From Planctomycetaceae bacterium (GTDB taxonomy: Bacteria; Planctomycetota; PLA2), in the NCBI GenBank assembly GCA_052388375.1, contig JBQTIG010000038.1, forward strand, positions 927 through 64,926: DNA of 64,000 bases, read 5' to 3'. This document shows positions 44,170-53,421 of the stretch, piece by piece. Position 1 is the first letter of the stretch; each line of letters starts with the position of its first letter. A program made the position numbers and the translations under genes. The notes under the pieces were generated by a model. It had not been told where the DNA came from and did not search any database. It saw only the letters and a list, made by a program, of their open reading frames with translations.

Positions 44170-46616
44170 CGCGACGCCTCGGACGCGGTCCAGGCGGGCC
44201 ACAAGACGCCCGCCATGCGGCGCGGGATCTCGGCGCCCTTTTCGCCCGCCGCCCGCAGCAGGCGCGCGTGGGCGAGATCGAGGAAGCGGGTGTCGGCCTC
44301 CATGCCCGACTGCGCGCAGGCGAGCAGCGTGAGCGCATCGAGCCAGGCGAGTCGCAGCGCGCCGGCGCGGCAGCGCTTCTCCAGGGCGTCGAGGAGCGCG
44401 CCGAGCTGCGGTTCGGGAATCCCCTTGCCGGGATCTTCCGGTCCCAGAATGCCCGCGATCAGCCCCGCGATGAGCTTCTCGGAGGCGCGCCCCTCCTCGA
44501 TCTCGCCGCGATAGTGCTCCGCGAACTCCACGGGCCGCACTTCGCGCCGCCCGAGATAGAGCCGCTGGTGGTCGCGGCGCAGGGCGCGCACCCGATCGGG
44601 ATCGCGGAACGCGAGTGCGAGCCAGGCTCCATACTGCCGCCAAATCGGCCGCTCCTCGCGCTCGCCGAAGGCCTCCATCGCGGCGGCGCATAGCCGCGCC
44701 GCATCCGGCCCCACCCGCAGATCGGCGCGAAGGCTTCCCGCCACCGGGCTGAGCCGCAACGCCAAGGCGGTGCCTGCGACGCGCGCGTAGCCATCCTTGC
44801 GTTGCAGAAGCGCCATCACCCCCGTGCCGTCCCCCTGGGCGAGAAGTGTCTGCGCCGCGAGGACGGCGACGGCGAGGGATCGTTCGGCGCACAGGCGGTA
44901 GGCGGCCGCGAGATTCGCTTCGTTCCCCTCGCGGGTCGCGGCCACGAGCACGCGCTCCAGCGCCTCCACGCGCAGCAGCTCCGCATGCTCCAGGAGAGTC
45001 TGCAGGGGAAGCGCGCGCCCGCGCTCGGCCCAGGGCAGGAGCTCCGCGAGCGTCTCGGGCGTGCGGGCGTGGAGCGCCGCGAGCCGTTCCGCCGGTTCCG
45101 AGCCCATGCGCGCGAGGAAGCGCACGAGGTCGCGCCGCTCCTCCTCCTCCTGCGTGCGCGCCAGCCGCGCGGCGACGAGATCCAGCACGTGGCCCAGGGT
45201 CGCCCCGCGCGCCGGCACCGGCTCGGAGCCGTCCTCGGGCAACGCCGCAACCAGCTCGATCTCCTCTTCGCGCGAACCGAAGAAGGTCACGGCAAGGCGC
45301 TCCAGCCGGAGCGGGCGGCGCAGGAGGCGGTTGTCGCGTCCCGCCGAACCGGGGGAGGGGCCCACGAAATCGGGGTAGTCCTGGGAGCGCGAGGGGAGGA
45401 GGACGCCGAGGAAGAGCTTTCCTCCCGCGCCGTCCTCCGTCGTGCAGGACCAGAAGAGCGGCAGATCGAGGCGCACCACCCGGGCGACCATCGGCGTCGC
45501 CTCCGGCGTCGCCCGCTGGAGGAGGACGTGGAGGAGCCGGAAGCGGCGGGCGTCCGCGGTCGTTTCCGGCGCGGGCATGGCGACGTCGCGCGACGCCGCG
45601 AACTCCGCGAGCGGGCGGGGCGGCTCGCCGTGGCCGGCGGCCAGCAGCAGTTCGCAGGTCTCCCGGAGCGGCGGGAGCGGCGCCAGGCGATCGAGCACGA
45701 GATCCATGAGGAGGCGCCTCTCGCGCGCGGGGAGCGCGGGCTCGCAGAGCAGCTCGAGGAGCAGCGGGGGCGCGCCGGCCACGAAGGCGGCGTCCTCGCG
45801 TCCCTGGGCGTCGACGCTGCGCGAGAGCGCCAAGAGCCCCTCGCCGTCGAGGGACCGCCGGCGGTAGGCGCGCAGGAGCGGGGCGCGGGCGTGCACGCCC
45901 CCCGCGAGGGGAGCCAATTGCGCCTGGGAGTCGTCGTCGAGCAGGGCCGGGAGGCAGAGGATGGAGGCCCCCTCGGCGAGAGAGTCATGGGCGGCCGGAT
46001 CCGCGCGGGTGCGGCGGTCGAGGGCGAGCAGCGAGGGAAGGAGCCTTTCACGGACGAGCCAGGCGGTGCGCGCATCGGGGCGCACCCGGCCCTCCAGCAC
46101 CTGGACGCAGCGCACCGCCTCGAGGAAGAAGCGCAACCGCACCGCGTCGGTCAGGGCCGGAGCGTCGAGCGCCGAGGCCGCGTGGGCCAGGAGGAGGTTG
46201 AGCGTTCCCGAGCCGACCGGTTGGGGCGCGCGGTAGGCGCCTTGGAGCGCGGCGAGCCCTTCCAGCGCCGCGCGGTGCTCGTCGCGCAGGCCGAGGCCCG
46301 ACTCCGGGCCGCGCAGCGGCGGCAGTTCGAGCGCAGGCTCCAGCACACCGACGAAGAGCTCGGCGAGCGGGAGCAGCCTGCCACCGGTTTCGACCAGGAC
46401 ACAGGGCGCGTCCACGAACCGGCGCGCCCGCTCGATTTCCTCGAGGGCCGCCTCCATCCTGCGCCGCTCTTCGGGTCCCGCGTCAGGCCAGCGCCGAAGC
46501 ATCTCCGCCTCCTCGGCGCGGCCGCCGCGGTAGGGACCGGCCACGAGGGGGGCCGCGAGGAAAACGAGGAAGAGCGCGAGGCGCCGCACGTTCCCCCACT
46601 CTACGCCTTCAGGCAT
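44166..46616 (-). CDS. Large (816 aa) secreted alpha-helical protein of unknown function
   Basis: It has a signal peptide (LALFLVFLAAPLVAG), uniformly high GC3 and is leucine/arginine-rich and helical. It is coupled upstream to the GT2 gene and downstream to glcD. Confidence 0.55.
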   Translation of the reverse strand: MPEGVEWGNVRRLALFLVFLAAPLVAGPYRGGRAEEAEMLRRWPDAGPEERRRMEAALEEIERARRFVDAPCVLVETGGRLLPLAELFVGVLEPALELPPLRGPESGLGLRDEHRAALEGLAALQGAYRAPQPVGSGTLNLLLAHAASALDAPALTDAVRLRFFLEAVRCVQVLEGRVRPDARTAWLVRERLLPSLLALDRRTRADPAAHDSLAEGASILCLPALLDDDSQAQLAPLAGGVHARAPLLRAYRRRSLDGEGLLALSRSVDAQGREDAAFVAGAPPLLLELLCEPALPARERRLLMDLVLDRLAPLPPLRETCELLLAAGHGEPPRPLAEFAASRDVAMPAPETTADARRFRLLHVLLQRATPEATPMVARVVRLDLPLFWSCTTEDGAGGKLFLGVLLPSRSQDYPDFVGPSPGSAGRDNRLLRRPLRLERLAVTFFGSREEEIELVAALPEDGSEPVPARGATLGHVLDLVAARLARTQEEEERRDLVRFLARMGSEPAERLAALHARTPETLAELLPWAERGRALPLQTLLEHAELLRVEALERVLVAATREGNEANLAAAYRLCAERSLAVAVLAAQTLLAQGDGTGVMALLQRKDGYARVAGTALALRLSPVAGSLRADLRVGPDAARLCAAAMEAFGEREERPIWRQYGAWLALAFRDPDRVRALRRDHQRLYLGRREVRPVEFAEHYRGEIEEGRASEKLIAGLIAGILGPEDPGKGIPEPQLGALLDALEKRCRAGALRLAWLDALTLLACAQSGMEADTRFLDLAHARLLRAAGEKGAEIPRRMAGVLWPAWTASEASR

Positions 46617-47205
46617 CCTTGCCCTCGCGGAAGCGAAAGCCCTCCTTGCGGCCTTTCTCCACCAAGCCGTGATAGAGCCTCCGGCGCTCCTCGAGAAGGG
46701 CGGGTGTGCGCAGCGCCTCCTTCTGGTGGTGGATCACGCAGGAGTCGCTGAAACGCCGCTGGAAGCCGCGGGCCAGCTCGTGGACGGGCCGTTCGAACCT
46801 CAGTTCGGGGACGTTGGGAAACAGCCGCCCCTGCCGGTCGGGGTAGAACCGGTCGTCGGGTGCGGGGCGGGTGCGCTCTAGGTCGAGCCAGTGGCGTCGC
46901 GGGAACTCCCAGATGCAGCTCCGCGCGAGGAGCGGCCGCGGATCGCCCTCAAGGACCTCGTCGGCGTCGAGCATCAGGACCCAGTCGGCGCTGGCGCCGC
47001 GGAGCGCCTCGTTGCGCATCTGGGCGAAGTCCTCGAACGCCACGTCGAACACGCGCGCCCCGCCGGCGACCTCCCGGGTGCGATCCCGGGTCCGGGAATC
47101 GACCGCCACCACGACTTCGTCCACGACCCCCTGCACCGAGGCAAGCGTGAGCGGGAGGCCGACTTCCTCATCGCGGGCGATCACCACAAGGGCCAGACTC
47201 GGCAC
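46609..47205 (-). CDS. Glycosyltransferase family 2 (short form)
   Basis: It has an N-terminal GT-A fold motif (LALVVIARDEE) and the DxD motif MLDADEV. Confidence 0.65.
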   Translation of the reverse strand: MPSLALVVIARDEEVGLPLTLASVQGVVDEVVVAVDSRTRDRTREVAGGARVFDVAFEDFAQMRNEALRGASADWVLMLDADEVLEGDPRPLLARSCIWEFPRRHWLDLERTRPAPDDRFYPDRQGRLFPNVPELRFERPVHELARGFQRRFSDSCVIHHQKEALRTPALLEERRRLYHGLVEKGRKEGFRFREGKDA

Positions 47206-47252
47206 GGAGCAAGCCTATCAAGTTCCCGCCGGGGGATGGCCGAGGGGGAAGT

Positions 47253-47708
47253 GTGAAGAAAGGCGTCGCCGCCGTCGTCGGTTTGGCCATCGTGGGGATG
47301 GCCGCGATCGTCATTGGACGGCACATGCTCAAGCCCGCCGCCGAGAAACAGGAGCGGAGCCGCACGGTGCTCACCGGTCTCACCGAGCCGCGCCTCGCCC
47401 GCTGCCGCATCCTGGAGGACAGCGAGGTGCCCGAAGGGGTCGAGGCGCCGCGGGTCGGCGAAGCGGTCGTCTACCTGGCAGTGGAGATCCTCTACCCGGC
47501 CGCCGCGCGGGTCCCCGAACATGCCGGGATGTTCCTCTCCCGCGTGAACGGGGCCAGCGGCCGCGACCTGGAGCCCGTCCACACCGAGACCGACAGCGAC
47601 GAGGATGGGGCCTACCTCTACCTGGTATTCAAGGTGGAGGAGGAGTTCCAGTACGCCCAGATCCGTCGCGAGGACAAGGTGGTCCTCGCGCGCGTCTCCC
47701 CCGAGTAG
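47253..47708 (+). CDS. Membrane-anchored protein of unknown function
   Basis: A GAGGGGGAAG Shine-Dalgarno precedes GTG 47253. It has an N-terminal TM helix. Confidence 0.45.
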   Translation: MKKGVAAVVGLAIVGMAAIVIGRHMLKPAAEKQERSRTVLTGLTEPRLARCRILEDSEVPEGVEAPRVGEAVVYLAVEILYPAAARVPEHAGMFLSRVNGASGRDLEPVHTETDSDEDGAYLYLVFKVEEEFQYAQIRREDKVVLARVSPE

Positions 47709-47718
47709 ACTCCGTGGC

Positions 47719-48888
47719 GTGACGAGTCGCGCCCTCGCTCCCTTCGGAACCTCCGTCTTCACCGTCATGTCCGCACTGGCGCGCAGCCATGGCGCCGTCA
47801 ACCTCGCCCAGGGGTTTCCAGACTTCGACGGGCCCTCCTGGCTCTACGACGCGGCCATGGATGCCATGCGGCGCGGCATCAACCAGTACTCCATCAGCCA
47901 TGGGGCGACGGCGCTGCGCCGGGCCATCGCGGAGGACGTCGAGCGGCTCTACGGCATTGCCTACGACGCGGAGCGCGAGATCACCGTCACCTGCGGCGCG
48001 ACCGAAGGGATCGCGGCGGCGATTCTCGGACTCCTCGACCCCGGCGACGAGCTGCTCACGTTCGAACCCTTCTACGACTCCTACGCGGCCTGCGCGGCGC
48101 TGGCCGGCGCGCGGCTTCGCGCGGTCCCCCTGCGCCCCCCCCACTTCGCCTTCGACGAGCGCGAATTGGAGGCGGCCTTCGGCCCCCGCACGAGGCTGTT
48201 CCTGCTCAACACGCCGCACAACCCCACCGGCAAGGTCTTCCGCGAAGCGGAGTGCGCGGTGCTCCTCGATCTTTGCAGACGGAACGACTGCCTCCTCGTG
48301 GCGGACGAGGTCTACGAGCACCTCACCTTCGAGGGCGCGCGCCACATCTCCCCCGCCGCCCTCGACCGAGAACGGGTCCTGCGCCTCGGGAGCGCCTCCA
48401 AGACCTTTTCGGTGACCGGCTGGAAGATCGGATGGGCCTGCGGACCCGAGGCGGCCACCGAGGGGGTGCGGCGCGCGCATCAATTCCTCACGTTCTGCGC
48501 CGCCTCGCCGCTCCAGGAGGCGGTGGCGCAGGCGCTGCGCGAGGCGCCCGGGCGCGGGTACTACGAGACGTTCCGCGCCGACTACGCGCTGCGCCGCGCC
48601 GCGGTTCTGGAGGCCCTGGCCAGCGCGGGCCTGCGCGCCTTCCCCCCCGACGGCACCTACTTCGTGATGGCCGACTACCGCGCCCTCAGCGACGAGGGGG
48701 ATACCGCGTTCGCGCAAAGGCTCGTGCGCGAACGCGGGGTCGCCGCCATACCCCCCCGCTCGTTCTACGAGCACCCCGAGCATGGCCGCCACCTCCTGCG
48801 CTTCGCGTTCTGCAAGTCGGTGGAGACTCTCCGGGAGGCGGGGCAGCGGCTGGCGGGCGGGGCGGGGCATGCGATTCCTGGATCTTGA
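47719..48888 (+). CDS. Class I/II PLP-dependent aminotransferase (kynurenine/methionine aminotransferase-like)
   Basis: The N-terminus (FGTSVFTVMSALA) is typical. The PLP lysine region is SASKTFSVTGWKIG and an NPTG motif is present. Confidence 0.85.
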   Translation: MTSRALAPFGTSVFTVMSALARSHGAVNLAQGFPDFDGPSWLYDAAMDAMRRGINQYSISHGATALRRAIAEDVERLYGIAYDAEREITVTCGATEGIAAAILGLLDPGDELLTFEPFYDSYAACAALAGARLRAVPLRPPHFAFDERELEAAFGPRTRLFLLNTPHNPTGKVFREAECAVLLDLCRRNDCLLVADEVYEHLTFEGARHISPAALDRERVLRLGSASKTFSVTGWKIGWACGPEAATEGVRRAHQFLTFCAASPLQEAVAQALREAPGRGYYETFRADYALRRAAVLEALASAGLRAFPPDGTYFVMADYRALSDEGDTAFAQRLVRERGVAAIPPRSFYEHPEHGRHLLRFAFCKSVETLREAGQRLAGGAGHAIPGS

Positions 48889-48928
48889 GAACCATTCTCA
48901 TAAACTCCCGGGCATGGCCTCCCCTCCC

Positions 48929-49135
48929 ATGACCCGCTGCGAGTGCGCCGCCCTCGCCTTCAAGGAGGTGGCGCTCATTGCGGAGCGGGAGGGGTTGGGC
49001 GAGTTCGAACTGCTCTGCGCCCGGAGCGGTTGCGCCGTCACCTGCACCGCCTGCAAGCCCGACCTGCGCGCGTTTCTCCAGGCGCGCGCCGCCGGCGCCG
49101 CCCGCCTTGGCGCGGCGCGTATCATGGCGTCATGA
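48929..49135 (+). CDS. bfd: Bacterioferritin-associated ferredoxin (BFD-like [2Fe-2S] domain)
   Basis: The 2Fe-2S ligands are C-x-C ... C-x-x-C (MTRCECAAL ... CAVTCTAC). Its stop overlaps the bfr start as ATGA. It could alternatively start at ATG 48914. Confidence 0.65.
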   Translation: MTRCECAALAFKEVALIAEREGLGEFELLCARSGCAVTCTACKPDLRAFLQARAAGAARLGAARIMAS

Positions 49136-49617
49136 AGGGCAACCCCGAAGTCATCGACGTCCTCGGCGAGGTCTTGTGCGCCGAGTTGACCGCCATCAAC
49201 CAGTACTTCATCCACGCCAAGATGTGCGCGGACTGGGGCTACCACGCGCTGGCCACCTACGGTCGCGCCGAGTCCATCGACGAGATGAAGCACGCCGAGA
49301 TAGTCATCGAGCGCATCCTCTTCCTCGAGGGCGTGCCCAACATGCAGAAGTACATGAAGGTGAAGGTGGGCAAGACGGTTCCGGAGCAGTTCCAGAACGA
49401 CGTCGAGCTTGAGTACGGCGCGGTGGAACGGCTCAACCGCGGCATCGCGATCTGCGTGGAGAAGAAGGACAACACCACGCGGGAGCTGCTCGAGACCATC
49501 CTCGCCGAGGAGGAGCACCACATCGACTGGCTCGAGACCCAGCTCCATCTCGTGAAGACGATCGGGGTCGAGCGCTACCTGTCCATGAAGCTCGGGGAGG
49601 AGAAGGCCGGACACTAG
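49132..49617 (+). CDS. bfr: Bacterioferritin
   Basis: MKGNPEVIDVLGEVLCAELTAINQYFIHAKM has the ferroxidase Glu/His ligands and the heme-axial Met. It is 161 aa. Confidence 0.9.
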   Translation: MKGNPEVIDVLGEVLCAELTAINQYFIHAKMCADWGYHALATYGRAESIDEMKHAEIVIERILFLEGVPNMQKYMKVKVGKTVPEQFQNDVELEYGAVERLNRGIAICVEKKDNTTRELLETILAEEEHHIDWLETQLHLVKTIGVERYLSMKLGEEKAGH

Positions 49618-49782
49618 GGCCTGTCTGAATACTCCATCGTCGGCCCGAGCCCGAGCGAGCGGGCTGCTGGCGAGCCGCAAGTCCGAAGCCGTATTGACCC
49701 CAAACACGGCGATGGACGAGCGGCGAAGCGAGCGGCCCGCGCAGCCGGGCGAAGCCAGATGGAGTAGTCAGACAGACCCTAG
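49614..49782. mobile_element. MITE-like repeat copy 2 (169 bp with 25-bp terminal inverted repeats)
   Basis: The terminal inverted repeats are CTAGGGCCTGTCTGAATACTCCATC and revcomp CTAGGGTCTGTCTGACTACTCCATC. The bfr TAG stop is the first 3 nt of the element. Confidence 0.8.
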
Positions 49783-49785
49783 CCC

Positions 49786-51300
49786 GTGCTCCGCGCCGCC
49801 GCGCTCCTGGCCCTCGCGCTGCTCGCCCGCGCGGAGGGCTGGCCCTTCGGCGGCGAGGGGATGCTGGGGCGGCGCGATCTCTACAACCTGGGGCCGCTGG
49901 GCCTCAAGGCTTCCGACGCCGACGGCCCGCCCCCCGATCCCTCCGGCCCGCCCCAGGGGCGCCGCAGCGTGCGGATCGATCCCGGCGCGGGGGATGACTA
50001 TCCCGCGCGACTCAAGGTCGAACTGCTCTTCCCGGATGGCCCGGCGGCGCAGGCGGGGCTCGCGCCGGGAGACATCCTCACCGGCGCGGAGGGGGCGCGG
50101 TTCCAGGACGGTGTCGCCGACGCCGTTGCGAAGGTGATTCTCCGTGCCCAGGCGGGGAAGGGGCTCGTCACGCTCCCGGTGGTCCCCGCCGCCGGCGGCG
50201 AGCCGCGCAAGGTGCGCGTGACGATTCCGGCGCTCGGCAAGGAGGCGCTGGATCCGACTCGCGGCGGCGCGCGGGGCCGAGCCGTGGAGGAGGCGCTCGC
50301 CTGGCTGGCCGGAAAGCAACTCGAGACCGGCGGGTTCGCCGAAACGCTCTCGGGGCATAACGGCGCCGTCGTGCTCACCGCCATGGCGGGACTCGCGTGG
50401 TCGGGGGCGGGGGGTGGGCTCTCCAAGGGACCCTACGGTGAGAATCTGCGCCGCCCCGCGGCGTTTCTCTGCGAGTCCGTCAAGACCCTCTCCGGCGGCA
50501 CGGCCGCGCAGAAGGCACAGGGAGCGGTCCTCAACCAGTGCAACTGGGGCTGCGAGCACGCCGGGCTCTTCCTGGGCGAACTCCAGGCGCATACCCCCGA
50601 CGACGCGGTGAAGGAGGCGCGCTTCTTCTGCGGGAGGCGGCTCCTGGAGACGCAGGAGAGTTCGGGTGGCTGGGCGCACGGGCCCGGCGGCCCGAACCCC
50701 CTCGGCTACGTGGAGCTCAACATCGTGCCCGGCCTCGCCCTCGGCGCGCTCGGGATGGCGAAGCAGGCGGGCATCGAGGTCGCTCCCCAGGCCCTGGAGA
50801 GAGCGATCGCCTATCTGAAAGCGAGCGGCGGCGACGACGGGGGCGTCGGCTACTCCACCGAGCCCGGACAGAAGGGCATCGGCAACATCGGCCGCACCGC
50901 GGCCGCCTGGCTCGCCCAGGAGTGCCTCGGCCTCGGCCGAGAGGCGGGGGCGAAGAAGGCCGGCAAGCATGTCGAGGCCCATGCGAGCGAGATGTTCGGC
51001 GGCCATGCGAGCCTGATGCAGCACTTCCTCCTCGCCGGAGTGGCGGCGCAGACGCTGGGCGGGGAGGCGCGCAAGCGCTACTGGAGCGTGGCCCAGCGCG
51101 AGCTGCTCCTGGCGCGCGCGCCGGACGGCTCGTTCCAGCCGCGGCCCTGGCACGAGAGCCTGGCCATGCAGAGCAACAGCGACGTCTCCTTCGGCGAGGT
51201 CTGGACGACCGCGGCTTGGACCGTGGTCCTCCTCGCCGACGCCGGACCGAAGGACGCGCACCGCGGCTTCCCCGCCTGGACCGGGCATCCGGGCAGGTGA
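49786..51300 (+). CDS. Secreted PDZ-domain + prenyltransferase/squalene-oxidase-repeat (alpha/alpha toroid) protein
   Basis: It has a GTG start, a signal peptide, a PDZ domain (GLAPGDILTGAEG) and then QxxxGGW-type repeats (LETQESSGGWAHG, KQLETGGFAE). Confidence 0.65.
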   Translation: MLRAAALLALALLARAEGWPFGGEGMLGRRDLYNLGPLGLKASDADGPPPDPSGPPQGRRSVRIDPGAGDDYPARLKVELLFPDGPAAQAGLAPGDILTGAEGARFQDGVADAVAKVILRAQAGKGLVTLPVVPAAGGEPRKVRVTIPALGKEALDPTRGGARGRAVEEALAWLAGKQLETGGFAETLSGHNGAVVLTAMAGLAWSGAGGGLSKGPYGENLRRPAAFLCESVKTLSGGTAAQKAQGAVLNQCNWGCEHAGLFLGELQAHTPDDAVKEARFFCGRRLLETQESSGGWAHGPGGPNPLGYVELNIVPGLALGALGMAKQAGIEVAPQALERAIAYLKASGGDDGGVGYSTEPGQKGIGNIGRTAAAWLAQECLGLGREAGAKKAGKHVEAHASEMFGGHASLMQHFLLAGVAAQTLGGEARKRYWSVAQRELLLARAPDGSFQPRPWHESLAMQSNSDVSFGEVWTTAAWTVVLLADAGPKDAHRGFPAWTGHPGR

Positions 51301-51496
51301 GGCCGCCTACTTCGATTCCTGCGCCTCAGGCAGGATGTCGAGGCCGTTGGGCAGCACGAGGTCGAGACCGCCGTCCTGCGCGCGCACCAGGAAACGGCGC
51401 ACGCGGTCGCCCGCGGTGAGATAGGTTACCCGCGACTTTCCGGTACAGACTACGGCGCGGGCACGTCGAAAAGTGCCCCCGCGAGGGCAGCGCGGG

Positions 51497-51829
51497 TTAG
51501 CCCCTGGTAGAGGATCCCGACGCCTCCTTCGCACGATGAGCCAACACATGATTGACCAGCCGACGAATGGTCGCGTCCGTTGTGCGAAGGCGGACTGTCG
51601 CGCGGAATCGCTTCAGGCCTAGGTTGAGGAGCAGGCGCCCGAGGCACTCGTCGGCAAAGCTCGGGGTGATGGCTTCGATCCCCTCAAAATCCACCAGGAT
51701 CTTCTCACGCCCTCCAAGGCGCCCGACGGCTTCGACCAGTCGCTTGCGAACCATGGCCCCCTGATCGCGGGTGAGGAGGGAGTCGCCCCACGTCACCAGC
51801 CTGATCGGATGCTCACTAGTCGCCACCAA
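51497..51829 (-). CDS. STAS-like domain protein (DUF4325-type anti-sigma antagonist-like)
   Basis: KILVDFEGIEAITPSFADECLGRLL is the DUF4325 pattern. It overlaps the GHKL gene end by 14 nt. Confidence 0.55.
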   Translation of the reverse strand: MVATSEHPIRLVTWGDSLLTRDQGAMVRKRLVEAVGRLGGREKILVDFEGIEAITPSFADECLGRLLLNLGLKRFRATVRLRTTDATIRRLVNHVLAHRAKEASGSSTRG

Positions 51830-53162
51830 AGAAATCCTCCATTTCGAATCCCTGAGGGGCGGGCAGCGAAGCGTACACGTCGCTCATGGGAAGCAGATTC
51901 TCAAGATCGAAGAGAATCGCCACAATCGTACCCTTCCATGCTTTGTGGGATACGGTTTCGGTCCGCCGTCTCCCCATCTTCCGGAACGCGCAAAGGCTCT
52001 TCTCCCCTGAAGTCAGCAGAAAAGTGCCGCCGTTTCGCACGGCGATCTCGCTCACGACGTACAGCCCGTAGCCGGCATGGCCCGGATCGTCGCCGATCCG
52101 TACCGGCCGGCTCGTCACGAGGGGTAGCGTCGCCAGCCTCAGCGGGTCTTCCCCGGCTCGGATTCGGTCTTTTGCGACGCTATTGGTTCCCGCGAGAAAG
52201 CTCAAGTGGATGCCGAAACCCGTATCGACGACTGTTGCGGTCAGTTTCTTCCGCGCCGGGTAGTACTGTGCCGACACGAGCGCCGTCCGCTCGATCCCTG
52301 CATGCCGCTGAACGTTTTCGATGAGTTCCGCAAAGGCCACGAGGAGCGCATTGTGATCCGCCTTGCCGACGAATCCCCGCCGGTCGCAGATGCCGACGAT
52401 CTCCGCGGCAAGGAGATCCGCGCTCGATGCTCTGTCTATCGGAGCGATCGCGACCCGCCAGCCGCCGTCGGCACCCCGGTCCACGTAGAGCTTTCCCTCG
52501 AGCACGTCGTGGAAGCCGATGCGCTGGAGGTAATGCTCCGTCGCGGCGGAGGCACCCTCCAGTTGCGGACGCACGGATCGCTCGATACACCAAGCAGCAA
52601 GGAGGGTCAGCCCCGTCACGTACAGGTGATCCACGTCCGTCAGGTCCAACACGAGCCCGCCGGACGCATCCACCTCCGCCAAGGCGTCCACCAAGACCCG
52701 GATGCCATTGAGGCTTGTGGACTGAGTGGTCAGACCGATACGCGCTGGAGCCTTGCGCTTGCGCACGGAGACCTCCAGAGACTTCGGCGTCTTGGATCCT
52801 CGCAAGACTTCGTCCCCCTCTTCGATAGGGGTCGCACGGCTAGCGAACGGACTTGAACTTCCGCCCTTCATCGCCTGGAGAACCGCGGCACGCAGGTTCT
52901 TGGGGCAGCGTCCCTGACGCGCGATGCTCTTGACGACCACGCGATTCCACCGGTCGTCGCGCATCGCAAGGGATCCGAGGAGGGGAGGGATCGTGCGAAT
53001 CGCGATCGCCGTCGGATGTGATCTCAGGATCTCGAACAGCCGCGCCGCAGCCGGCGCAACGGGGAGAGCCAGGAACTCCGTGGCGAGACTGGGGGGGATC
53101 GGGCCGGCCATTCGTTCATCGAGGAGATCCTGCACGAGCGCGTCAAGGTCGCGGGAAGTCAT
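51816..53162 (-). CDS. GHKL-family ATPase (RsbW/SpoIIAB-like serine kinase fold) with about 280-aa N-terminal extension containing a second STAS-like segment
   Basis: The C-terminus has an N box (FAELIENVQRHAG), G1 (VVDTGFGI) and G2 (GYGLYVV). The mid-region IRVLVDALAEVDASGGLVLDLTDVDHLYVTGLTLL is STAS-like. Confidence 0.6.
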   Translation of the reverse strand: MTSRDLDALVQDLLDERMAGPIPPSLATEFLALPVAPAAARLFEILRSHPTAIAIRTIPPLLGSLAMRDDRWNRVVVKSIARQGRCPKNLRAAVLQAMKGGSSSPFASRATPIEEGDEVLRGSKTPKSLEVSVRKRKAPARIGLTTQSTSLNGIRVLVDALAEVDASGGLVLDLTDVDHLYVTGLTLLAAWCIERSVRPQLEGASAATEHYLQRIGFHDVLEGKLYVDRGADGGWRVAIAPIDRASSADLLAAEIVGICDRRGFVGKADHNALLVAFAELIENVQRHAGIERTALVSAQYYPARKKLTATVVDTGFGIHLSFLAGTNSVAKDRIRAGEDPLRLATLPLVTSRPVRIGDDPGHAGYGLYVVSEIAVRNGGTFLLTSGEKSLCAFRKMGRRRTETVSHKAWKGTIVAILFDLENLLPMSDVYASLPAPQGFEMEDFFGGD

Positions 53163-53421
53163 CGAGACACGCGGATTATAGCGCAATGGCGTTCGCGGGC
53201 TGCGCGGAGAACATTCGCAACATCGCCTATCACGGGTTCTCGTTCGCGCGCAGCGCCTGTGGCCTTGGCCGGGCCCGGCACCAAGCTGCAACCAGCCTCA
53301 GGGGAGGGGCAACGAGGTGGAGCGTCGATCGTCGGCCGCGAGGGAGCTGCCGCGGAGCGATGGCTGGACAGCGGAACAAGCGGTCTGCGCAAGCGGAGGA
53401 TCGCCAACGCGCGCACCTCGG

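Noticed and set aside
51307-51496. Possible small CDS (...VTYLTAGDRVRRFLVRAQDGGLDLVLPNGLDILPEAQESK) between the prenyltransferase-repeat gene and the STAS gene
   Set aside because: Codon usage is decent over the last 40 codons, but there is no start codon with a ribosome-binding site and no recognisable motif. I am leaving it unannotated; it is possibly the 3' remnant of a decayed gene.
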